A stretch of 64,000 bases of DNA from Azolla caroliniana. Its lineage: Eukaryota > Plantae > Polypodiophyta. Below the pieces are notes generated by a model. That model searched no databases, had not been told where the DNA came from, and saw nothing but the letters and a program-made list of their open reading frames with translations. This document shows positions 1-11,802 of this stretch, in pieces. The position numbers and the translations under genes were made by a program. Each line of letters begins with the position of its first letter. The first letter of the stretch is position 1. The stretch is taken from contig JBHGNT010000012.1 of assembly GCA_043228905.1 (NCBI GenBank), forward strand, positions 372,001 to 436,000, given 5' to 3'.

Positions 1-2092
1 GTCACCTTTTAGTTCCCCATTCTAGGATGTCTACAAAATGTTGTTTGTTCTTTTTGAGAGGTATGCGTTGTTCTTTTTTAGTGGTATGCAACATGCCTAT
101 ACATTAGGGTCAAACATTGACTTATGGTATCATGCAAAAGAAAAGAGTTTAGACAATTGATTTTCTCTCTCACACACAAAGCAAGAAAATGGGATGTCAA
201 CTCATTAGGGGACACCTATAGTAGAATGTTATAACTTGTAGAACTAAACTCCATCTCCAGTGAACACCAATAATTGACAACTTTTGTAAAGCCTTGAAAA
301 TAGTTTAATAATGGATGCAATCCAATACAAAATCATGTTGTTTTGTTGACAGATTCATGAATGATTGAATGAAAATATTTAAGTAGACAATTAAAGAAGG
401 CCCATTCTAAAGTAAAATGGAAAGGTTGAAATCATAGATCTAGTTGAGAAAAGTTGTGTTATGGATAGGTTTTGGATGACTTTGGAGGAAGTTGGAAGAG
501 ACTAATACATTGCATATGAAGAAGCAATATTTTAGATGACCTCCTTTCGAATGTTGGTGAGTAAGTGGACAATTTTGACTTCAATGCCTGAATATGGGTA
601 CTATTTGGGCATAAAAAGAAAGAGAAGAAAAATACCAAGTTTCAAACTCTTTGAGAGATGTGAACTCCACAAAAACATCCGAGATAAACACAAAAAGTTA
701 AGAGAATTTAAGCACACACGGACAAACTCTCAGCTCTCAAGTTTCATCTTACACCTAGCGGAAAAAGAAAAGAAAACATCCGGGGTGGGGGGTTTACTTG
801 GCGACCAAGAAAACAATGAAAGACAAAAAACTTGAACTCCAAGGGGGGTAGTCATCAACCTAGATTGGGTGGTTTGACTTATGTGTGTGTGGGGGGCCCC
901 CCATACCACCTTTCCTATACGTGAACAATATGCACTTTTCCTCGAAGTCCCTCTCCGAATGATGCATGCATATTTGTTCTTAATTTATACATGAACATGG
1001 TAATTATATCGTAAAGTATGCGAGCGAACGAACGAACGAACGTGCCATCTATACATATTCTCTTTCTTTGCCCCCAAGCCACGATGACGTATGACATGAC
1101 CTCACATACTTCTAGAATTTGAGTACAAACACATAACACACACCAGACGCCCATGCATTACATACATATATATGTATAATGAATGTAGTCTAGATATTTG
1201 ATTGGATAATAAATACATACATACATTATACATATATATAAGAAATCTGGATCAATTGCTGTTCCTAAGTTTCCATTCCACTTTTGGGCCTAACTCTCCA
1301 CCCAATTGCATTTCATTGGCCTGCATCACAAGAAAATATTTCTTATTATGTAAGGTGTCTTGTCTCTTCACTTTTCTTTCATAGACTTTGTGGGAACCAC
1401 TTTTTCTCTTTTTCTCTTTTTTGTTTTTTTTGTTTTTTGCATCTTCTGTTCATGTTTTGGATGTTGTGTTTCTTTCTTCTGAATGCTGCTTTTGATTTAA
1501 AAAAGGAAGGCTCTGCATTATTATTATTAGTAGTACTGATTAGAATTGCTGTTAAAAGAAAAAAAGAAAAAAAAGAAAAAAAAGAAAAAAAAAGAAAAAA
1601 AATGGTGGAGACCTTGTTAAGAGAAGACTGACAAAACAAATGCTGAATCTCTAATTTTAACAGAAACATAAAAGTTCCCTGATTATCGATGAAGCATTTG
1701 TCCTGATGTGATATGAGCATTCATTACTGCATTCTTGTTTTTCCTTTGTACTAATGATGGGCACATTTCTGCTAGATTGCTCGCCAATAAAAGGGGGAAG
1801 GGGGAGGACACAATTGTAATCCCTCAGGAAAACCAATTCCAAAAAGCTTTTAACTGGCCTCAAAATCCTCAAGAAATCACACACCACCATCCTCTCTGTA
1901 TGATTCAGAAGTACCTAACGATCAAGAATATTGCTGATGGTTTCTCAATGATGGATGCTCGGATGTTAAAATCAATATCCAATTAAAAAGAGTCACCATC
2001 TTGAAGCTTGGTAGCCTCAAAAAAATCAAGCAAACCTTTCATTTGTAATCGCAAATCATTAAGCAAATCGAAACCCTACTGCCTCGCGCTAC

Positions 2093-5000
2093 ATGGCGTC
2101 CTCCTTCAGAAGTAACAGCGATCATGAACATGTCCGGCGATGGGGAAGTAGTAGGATATTAGACCACCATTTGGATGATGCAGTTTTCTCCCGTCGCTTC
2201 GATACGCACGATGATGAGGAATCTGCGCTCACATGGGCGGCACTCGAGAGATTGCCCACGTACGATCGGCTCCGGAAAGGGTTCCTCCGCAATGTTGCTG
2301 CGGACGGTGCAAGCTTCCGTGAGATGGTCGAAGTAAGCAAGCTTGGCTTGGCTGAAAAGCAGCAGTTTGTGGACAAGATCCTCAAAGATGTCGAGGAGGA
2401 TAACGAGCGATTTCTGCTCAAGCTGCGGAAGCGAATGGACAAGTAAGACAACAGCATCTTTATAATAATATGTAACTGTAGTAAACATACACTGGTCTTT
2501 CTCTCAACGACATGATGATTGTACAATACTCGCATTTTCTGTGTTTCTTATATGAAAATTACATGATAAGCTTCAATTAGCATCTCCTGTTTTCTGTAAC
2601 AATGGGCAGTGTTGGGATTGATTTGCCCAAGATTGAGGTACGTTTCGAGCATCTCAACATCAAGGCAGCCAATGTACAAACGGGAGGCAGGGCACTGCCC
2701 ACTCTTTATAACTTCACAAAAGACTTGTTGCTGGTAAGTTGCGGATCCAGATGTTTGTTTCTACTAAGGGATATGTTCTAGAGGTCAGAGACCAATTATA
2801 CGATAATCATTCGATTTATATCAAAAGTCTTAAATCATTTTCGAATCAATAGGGTATGTTTAGCTTCCTCCTGCCGGCCAAAAGAGAAGTCCTCAACATT
2901 CTACATGATGTCAGTGGTATCATCAAACCCTCCAGGTTGATTCTTGAAACAGAGTTCCTTGATTGAATGAATTTATTCGATGCTATGAAGCATTGGAGCT
3001 GACATTGGAATCTTTCCCATGTTTGTTGCCAGGATGACATTACTTCTAGGACCCCCTGGTTCAGGAAAGACTACCCTCTTGCTTGCCCTTGCAGGAAAGC
3101 TACCCCCTGATCTCAAAGTAAGCGGCCATACTTCACACGAACAATATTCTGTAACCTCAATCAGTTCCAGCAAGTTTAAGCAGAAACTAAATCATAGCAT
3201 GGTAATTGTATCCGTGTGTAGATGTCAGGAAACCTAACCTACAATGGGTGTGAGATGTCGGAATTCATCCCACAGCGCACTTCGGCCTACATTAGCCAGT
3301 ATGACACGCACACGGGCACTATGACAGTCCGTGAAACGCTAGATTTCTCGGGCCGTTGTCAAGGTGTTGGTACCAGATATGGTCAGTATAAACAACATAC
3401 ATCTTCCATGAGAGCTTGAATGAAAAAAAGCATGTTTTCTTCCTCAAAAACCTTACAATGTTTTGATTCCTTTGAAAAAAGATATGCTTGTGGAATTATT
3501 GAGGAGAGAGAAAGAAGCTGGTATAAAGCCAGACCCTGATACGGACATATTCTTGAAGGTATGTTATATGTCGTAGCAGACTTCACTTTGCATTTCATGG
3601 ATACACCCAAGTAAACGATGTTATAAACGTAATCTTTTCTGCAGGCAACAGCCATTGAAGGTCAAGAAACCAGTATCATTACGGATTATGTCTTGAAGGT
3701 AAATTATTTTGAAGGTCAAATGAAAACAAAAACATGATTTTGTCATGTCAATATATATATATATATTAGTACTTGACTAACCTCTTCCAATTTTCAGTTG
3801 CTTAGTCTCGACATCTGTGCTGACACCTTAGTTGGAGATGAAATGATAAGAGGAATTTCAGGAGGGCAGAAAAAGCGCGTGACTACCGGTAAAGAGAGAG
3901 TTGATTGCCTTGCATGATGCGGCAAACCGTGCCATTCGGTTTCTCACCATTGATTCATATCTTGTTCCTAGGTGAGATGCTTGTGGGACCAGCAAAAGCT
4001 TTCTTCATGGATGAGATCTCGACAGGTTTGGATACCTCGACAACATTTCAAATCGTGAAATGTTTGAGGCATGTGGTCCATGTGTTAGATACAACCATGG
4101 TTGTATCTCTTCTACAGCCCCCACCTGAGACTTTTGAGCTTTTCGATGATGTGATTCTCCTCTCAGAAGGGCACATTGTTTACCAAGGTCCTCAGGAACT
4201 TGTTCTGGACTTTTTCGAATCAATCGGATTCCTCTGTCCAGAAAGAAAAAGTATTGCGGATTTTCTCCAAGAGGTATATTGAACTTTGATGTGTTTTTAG
4301 ATTACTTATTAACAGAAATAATGTGGAACACTTATTTCTTCTTCTTCTTTTGGAAGAACAGGTAACCTCTCGAAAAGATCAAGAACAGTATTGGGCAGAT
4401 ACAACACAACCATACAGATACATTTCCGCAAAGGAATTCTCTGATTACTTCGCAGCATTCCATACTGGAAAGTGTCTCAAGGAAGAGCTTTCCATCCCAT
4501 TTGATAAGTCGAGGAGTCATCCCGCAGCACTATCAACTAAAAACTATGGCATCACAAAGAGAGACCTCTTTCAGGCATGTTTCTCAAGGGAATTACTGCT
4601 CATGAAGAGAAACTCCTTCGTGTATGTGTTTAAAACTTTTCAGGTATCATGACGTCGATATACTTCCTTTGAAATTTCAAGCTATTCAAGTGAAATTATG
4701 CTAACTATTCCACCCCTTGTTTCGTGTTAACTGAAATCAGATATTGTTGGTAGCCCTTGTTGCTATGACAGTTTTCTTCAGAACCAAACTCCATCAGAAT
4801 ACTGTTGCGGATGGAAATCTTTATATGGGTGCACTATTTTTTGGTCTAATCATTGTCATGTTCAATGGTTTTTTTGAGATGACCATGGTTGTTCTAAGCC
4901 TGCCTGTGTATTACAAGCAAAGGGAAAAACTCTTCTTTCCTGCATGGGCTTTCTCCATACCGAGTATCATTTTAGGGATACCATTTTCCTTGATAGATTC

Positions 5001-8000
5001 GCTGATATGGGTATGTTTAACATACTATGTGATAGGATTTGCTCCAGAGCCTGAAAGGTTCGTAGAAAGTTTGCAATCTGGAATATATCTTTCTTATCTA
5101 TGTTGGTAGCAAGTCCATTAATCAACCTCCGGTGAATGCAGATTTTTCAAGCAGTTGTTGCTATTATTCTGCCTATCTCAAATGGCAGCTGGCCTTTTCC
5201 GGTTCATTGGTTCAGTTGGGAGGAATACGGTCGTAGCTAGTTCATTTGGAACTTTTGCCATTATGATTATCTTCCTCATGGGGGGTTTCGTCATTTCTGG
5301 AGGTACCATAATGATTCTGGCTTAAGTACCTCACAAACAAAGTTTTGAAAGACCATTTATTTATTGGTGTATGGCTGTATTGGAACAGATGAAATCCCTA
5401 AGTGGTGGATTTGGGCTTATTGGATTTCACCGATGATGTACGCACAAAACGGTTTGGCAATAAATGAGTTTCTCGCAGATCGTTGGAAAAAGGTCAGATC
5501 TTTCATTTGCTAGAGCTGAACAATTACTTCTTATGTATACAACTGTCTTCTGACAACGTCTAGTTCCGTAATCACAGCCCTACAGTGGGACCCTCGATGC
5601 CAATACAATCGGCACAGCTGTTTTGAAGTCTAGAGGGCTCCATACAGAGGAGCACTGGTATTGGATCGCCATTGGTGGTTTGATTGGGTTAACTATCATC
5701 TACAATATACTCTACACACTGGCTTTGACCTATCTGAATCGTAAGAGATGTTTGAAGCACACAATGCATGTCACAGATATCTAGGCTGTCTAAAATTCAC
5801 AAATTTGTGTTCTCAAATGTAATTGACTCTTATTTTGCATTTCCTCACAGCTTTTAGTAGGCCACGCTCAATGTCATCAGAAGAAAATACCACAGATAAT
5901 GTTGGAAAACGTAAACACCAAGAATCTTCATCACATCGTCGAGGTACGGACCGGTCTGAATTGTAGTGATACTCTAATGATTTATCTGCAATAATTGATG
6001 CTTCATTTGATTTCTAATTTCACAAATAAAGTGAGACTATCGAACTTCCTGAGTTTCAGGTGTAAATTTATTTAAGTTGGGGCTATCAAGAGATCCAAAT
6101 ACTGATGTTGAGATAAACGGAAGTACAAATCAAACTCAAAGGAGAGGGATGGCGGTTCCTTTCGTACCACTTTCTATATCCTTCAAATCTGTCAGCTACT
6201 ATGTCGATATGCCTCCAGTACGTTAAGGATTTGTTTCAAACAGCAATTTTGTCCTCGTTACTCAATCCATCCCAGGTGTAACACTGATTCTCACTGTTTG
6301 GATCTTGGCAATTCAGGAAATGAAGAAACAGGGTATATCTGAATTAGATAGGCTCCAGCTCCTACAGGAGGTGAGTGGGGCTTTCAGACCAGGGGTCCTT
6401 ACAGCTTTAATGGGTGTGAGTGGGGCAGGAAAGACCACTCTCATGGATGTTTTAGCTGGAAGAAAGACAGGAGGCTACATAGAGGGTGACATCAGGATCT
6501 CGGGATACCCCAAGAAGCAGGATACATTTTCGAGAATCTCAGGGTATTGTGAACAAAATGATATACACTCGCCCAATGTCACGGTGAAAGAGTCTCTGAT
6601 TTATTCAGCGTGGCTTCGTCTGCCAAAAGATGTTGACAATATGAAAAGAATGGTAAATGAATGGAGGATTTTGTGTGATCATTTTTATGTGAATCTTCAC
6701 CTCAAATCTTGGACAAAATTAGCTTCCTTTTTTGGGAATTTGCTGATGGTAAAACCTAAACATGATCTGTTTTTATTGCCTACTATTTACAGGAGTTTGT
6801 AGAGGATGTTATGGAACTCATAGAGCTGAATCCCATTAAAGATGCACTAGTGGGTCTTCCTGGTGTAAATGGCCTTTCAACAGAGCAGAGAAAGAGACTT
6901 ACTATAGCTGTGGAGCTGGTTGCAAACCCTTCTATACTCTTCATGGATGAGCCAACTTCAGGTTTGGATGCACGAGCCGCAGCCATTGTGATGAGGACTG
7001 TCCGCAACACTGTGGACACAGGTCGGACTGTTGTGTGCACCATTCATCAGCCCAGCATTGACATTTTTGAGGCTTTTGATGAGGTGCTTAGATTTATTCT
7101 TTTGCATGTTTCGTGAATACAGAAAATAAACTCTGAATATAATCTTTGATTGATTTTGTACATACACAGTAAATGCATAGCTGAGAGTGTTTAACAAACA
7201 CATGTTAATGCATGATATGGAAACTTCCAATTGCTTAAGCCTAGTCATACCATGTTCAATGCTTTCCTTGCATGTTGCATTGACAATTGAGGTGCTAAAT
7301 CCTACAGGTGAAGCCGGCTAAATGTAGTCGGTGAAAGATGGGTCCGTAAACAGAGGCCTCTATGCTCTGCCATGTATAGGCAACTGAAAACTCAATAGAG
7401 TTTAATGCTAAGTTAGATTAGTTATATTGTGGCACTTTTGGACATCAAGGAGTGTTCTTATCCAAACCTTTTAAATTTCAAACTTTATTCTCATCCCATC
7501 CCCCGCCCAAACTCGGGCCTGATAGATCTCTAGATAGATTTGTAAATTACCTTACACAGTGTAGATATAGTACTTATAATACAGCTATGGGACTAATATA
7601 ATGGGGGAGAAGAACCATATACAATCAACTATACCTTGTTCATACATTCATACACAAATCTTCATCTTTACTCTATGTACTTTAAGACTAGCTTGAGCAT
7701 AGAGATTTCTGATTCTGTTTATGTTGTGTACATGTCCCTATGTAGCTTCTTCTATTGAAACGAGGAGGCCAGGTGATCTATTCAGGTCAGCTAGGATATC
7801 AATCTCGCAAACTAGTAGAGTACTTCCAGGTAAACGCCGATCTTTGGAATACATGATAAACATTGCAAATTGTAAAGTATACCTCCAAATTTTACTCACA
7901 CATGTTAGAATCGAAATTGTGATATTCTTTTCTAGTCTATTCCTGGTGTGCCCCATATCAAGGAGGGACAGAACCCAGCAACATGGATGCTTGATATCAG

Positions 8001-10096
8001 CTCGACGTCAGCTGAGGCACACCTTGGTGTTGACTTTGCACAAATCTACAAAGATTCTGCTCTGCATCGGTAATGAAGTGTGTCTGTGTTTTTTCTTGTA
8101 TTCCAAGCATGCAATGAGTTCTATGTTCATCAGAGTCTTAGACTTCTCTACGTACACTTCTGTATTGGAGCAGGTCTACTCAAGAGCTAGTGGAGCAGCT
8201 AAGCATCCCTGCTTTGGATTCCAAAGATCTTTTCTTCCCAACCAAATACTCCCAAACCTTTTGGGAACAATGCATGGCATGCTTGTGGAAGCAACATTGG
8301 TCTTACTGGCGTAACCCTGATTATAATGCAGTGCGGTTGATGTTCACAGTTGCAATAACACTGTTATTTGGAACAACATTCTGGAATCTTGGTCAAAAGA
8401 GGTAGATTTCCACCTAACACCTACTATATAGTCACCATGGCATCCACACACATGCAGTCATATACATGGACACCTACAAATACATGTTACCAGAACATAG
8501 ATATTGTATTGCACTTATGGATAAACACATGTTATGGAAATCTTAATGTTGTGTGCTCACGTAATAATATCACTCGAACCATATGTGCAGAGACACAACT
8601 CAAGATGTGGTCAATATCTTAGGTGCAATATATGCAACAACATTGTTTCTTGGATTCACTAATACAAACACAGTGGAACCAGTGGTGGCAATTGAGAGGA
8701 CTGTGTTCTATCGTGAAAGGGGAGCAGGGATGTACTCGGAATTGGCATATGCATATGCTCAGGTAAATCAAAGTAGGCATTGGTAAACACATGATGTGGT
8801 TCATCTTGCCTATCATTAAATGTCTTGCTGGTGACAATGAAGAAATTTATAACGTTTCAGAATTTCTCATTTTATGTGTAGGCGGCAATCGAGGTTCCTT
8901 ACATATTTGCTCAAACAGTATTATATGTCCCCATTGTCTATGCCATGATCAACTTCGAGTGGACAGCAGCCAAGTTTTTCTACTTCTTTTTCTTCATGTT
9001 CTTCACCCTTGTTATCTTCACCTTCTATGGAATGATGAGCGTTGCTATCACACCCAACCTGCAGTTCGCAACAATAATCTCCACTTCCTTCTTTAGCTTT
9101 TGGAACTTGTTCTCAGGATTCATGATCCCTCGACTGGTAAATAAATTTAAACAAGTTGAATATAGAAACTTTATGAAATCTTGCATATTACATGCCAAAA
9201 ATAAAACTAGTCAAATGCTGTTGCAAAAGCTGTTATATGACATACCACATTTTAAACAAGATAATTATTGTTGCAGGAACTTTTGTGTAATACACCAAAA
9301 AGTTAAACTTGTTAAATGTTGTTCTTCTATAACACAGGAAGTTAAATAATCTGAACATTGTTTTCATGCACCATTATTTAAACCTAGTATATGTGCCTAT
9401 AAAACATGAATATCATGAATAAAAAATTTAAAGCTAGCTGAATATTGTTTTCCTATAACATACCAGAACTTTAAACTATCTGAGCTTAATATGTTTTCAT
9501 CTCCCAAAACTTTACTAGCGGAACATTATGTGCATATATATACCAATCCCCAAATAAAAGCAAGTAATAATGATTGCATATAATTTCTATGTAAGCATGC
9601 CAAAAATGTAAGTGGTTGAAACATGTGTCATATAACACACAGAACGTTGCAATGATATATAGTATACCGAATTTTGCAATCACATAACATACTCAAAAAA
9701 TGAAACCAGCTCGCATTTGTTTGTTGCATCAACTTGCTTTTCCATAGACTGCATATCTTGCATGCATATTGACATTGTATATAACCATGTCCTCTCTCTC
9801 TTCCCTTGTCGATGCAGAGTATTCCTGTGTGGTGGAGATGGTATTTCTGGGGGGATCCTGTGGCTTGGTCAATTTATGGATTGGTGGCATCTCAGCTATC
9901 AGATGTAACCACTCCCATCAACAATCCAGACTTTGTTGGGGACCAACAACAGTCAGTGAAGGCCTATATAGAGCAGAACTTTGGGTACAAGCACGATTTC
10001 CTAGGAGTAGTCGTCGCGGTTCACGTCGGGTTGGCCCTCATGTTTGTGTTTGTTTTCGCCTACGGTATCAAAAAGTTCAATTTCCTCAAGCGTTGA
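2093..10096 (+). CDS. ABCG: Full-size ABCG (PDR-type) ABC transporter, multi-exon, apparently intact (paralog 1)
   Basis: ATG at 2093; N-terminal [24 protein letters not shown]1: [37 protein letters not shown]2: [61 protein letters not shown]-terminus [13 protein letters not shown] (TGA 10094-10096). GT-AG introns join in frame where checked (e.g. 2443-2609, 2734-2852, 7084-7745, 9137-9817). Specific ortholog not assignable by eye. Confidence 0.95.
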
Positions 10097-10477
10097 GGCA
10101 TATTACCCTACGAATTATCTACCGATTGTGCGCGAATGAGTGAGTAGGCATCGTGTCATCAAACAAATATGTGCATGCCCTCATTCACTAAAATGTCGAT
10201 GTCGGACAATTTTCTGTGAAGTGATTGGGCCCAATTTTCTACTACATTCTCGTAAGTAGATTGTTGTCTCTCCACCCAAATGCTTGTAAATTAATACTAT
10301 ATTCTCCGACAAATTCCTACAATGTAAATTGGTGTTCTCTTTCCGAATCGTGCTGACAATATCACTCATGAGACAGAAATTTGATTGATTAGTGATGATA
10401 TTTTTGGCCAAAGATGCTACATTTCTTGACTTTAATTATAGATGCCCTGGTACTTATATGAAGTACTATATGAACGC

Positions 10478-10582
10478 AAACATTAAATATGCGTACATAA
10501 ACAAACTTCTGAGGAAATTTTCACAAACAACATAAACATAAAATATGCGTATGTAAACAACATTGAGAGGAATTTTTCACAA
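10478..10582. repeat. Degenerate ~57-bp tandem duplication downstream of ABCG paralog 1
   Basis: aaacattaaatatgcgtacataaacaa...gaggaaattttcacaaa is followed by aaacataaaatatgcgtatgtaaacaa...gaggaatttttcacaaa. Confidence 0.6.
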
Positions 10583-11000
10583 ATGCCTAAACACTTGCTT
10601 TACAAATTTGTGAGCAAGTTCTCTTTTTGGGGGGTTTACTTTTCTTGGTCATGTCCTTGTAAAGGCTTCCGAAAATCAGGTCTATAGTATTTCAAATACA
10701 TAAAAGTCCATTTACATAGAATTGATAAGAAAACATTCAGAGTTTTGAAGTACATATGGGCTAAGATTAGGTTGGTGGGCCCTAGTCCAACTTTTCATTT
10801 CTAGATTTTGCTTGGCAAAGTTGTCATTTTCTTTTTTGAGAAACACCCTACGTTATACACACACATAGTCAAGGTAACATGAAGTTACAATCAGCTGATT
10901 TTGATCTCTAGTCAACGAAAGGGTAGCAATCATGGATGCCATCTTTACGTTCCATAGAATTGTATACCATAAACACTAATATGGCTAGATGGCAAAGGAG

Positions 11001-11776
11001 TGTTGTGTAAAGGCGTCCCTCCTTGCGGGGGAGTCGGCCGAAAAGCCGAAAAGAGTCGAATTACTGAAATCGGCCGAAAAACCGAATTACCGAATTTGGT
11101 CGAAATTCGGAAAGTAAAAGAATAGTCAGTTGCGAAGAACCGAATCGGGGGTTAGCTGATCGAATTCGATGAGAGAGTCAAATTTGTATTCAGTCGAATA
11201 GACACACATATACATATACATATGTCTTCTACATTCAAAGAAGAAAATGACTTAGTATATATATGCTGACAGGCCTGGTAGTGCGCCTGTATGCGGGATA
11301 ACTCACTAAGAGTGAAATAGTGAGAAAAGGGGAAAACCTACATAGCGTATGTGAGGGTGTGAGATATATATATATGAGAGAAAAACGAGTTGTGTGTGTG
11401 TGGTAAATCTGAGAACGACTGGTTTTCTGCACAGTAGTGGCTGTGTAAGAGTATACGTACTCAGAAGCTAAGTAAGAAGAAAAGAAGTGTGAAGCAAAAG
11501 AGAAAAAGACAGAGAAGCTTCAGAAGCTTCGGAAGGAATAGTCACCTGCGTGCTAGAGTTTGAAGAGCTTGACTGAAATCGTGGTTTCAGTACATGCTCA
11601 TACCAAATCAGGTTTCATTGTTCTGTGATTGTATTCTGTCATTTCTCATAGTGAAAGCTCTGTTCCGTGGTTTTTTCCCTAAATCAGGGTTTTCCACGTA
11701 AATTGTGTGTTCTTTCTTATTTCCTGTTTGCGTCTAAGTTCAATTTCTGATTTCGAATCGGAGTGAAACTCTTTCA
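11001..11776 (+). repeat. 5' LTR of copia element (776 bp)
   Basis: Starts TGTTGTG, ends CTTTCA, followed by the PBS. Differs from the 3' LTR by 9 transitions (counted by eye), a 38-bp indel and a 2-bp TA indel. Confidence 0.95.
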
Positions 11777-11779
11777 AAC

Positions 11780-11791
11780 TGGTATCAGAGC
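11780..11791 (+). promoter_or_regulatory. Primer-binding site complementary to the 3' end of initiator tRNA-Met
   Basis: TGGTATCAGAGC, 3 nt after the 5' LTR end. Confidence 0.93.
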
Positions 11792-11802
11792 ATAGGTTCT
11801 AG

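Noticed and set aside
1-915. TE remnant or gene at the window start
   Set aside because: No domain similarity or terminal structure visible; the 99-aa ORF is low-complexity and basic.
1202-1986. Short ORFs upstream of ABCG paralog 1
   Set aside because: Low-complexity T/A tracts, mostly non-ATG starts, no recognisable domain.
7721-8314. 197-aa ORF overlapping ABCG paralog 1
   Set aside because: Off-frame read-through of ABCG exons and introns; the true exons splice in other frames. The antisense ORFs across both ABCG genes and both retrotransposons are likewise shadows.
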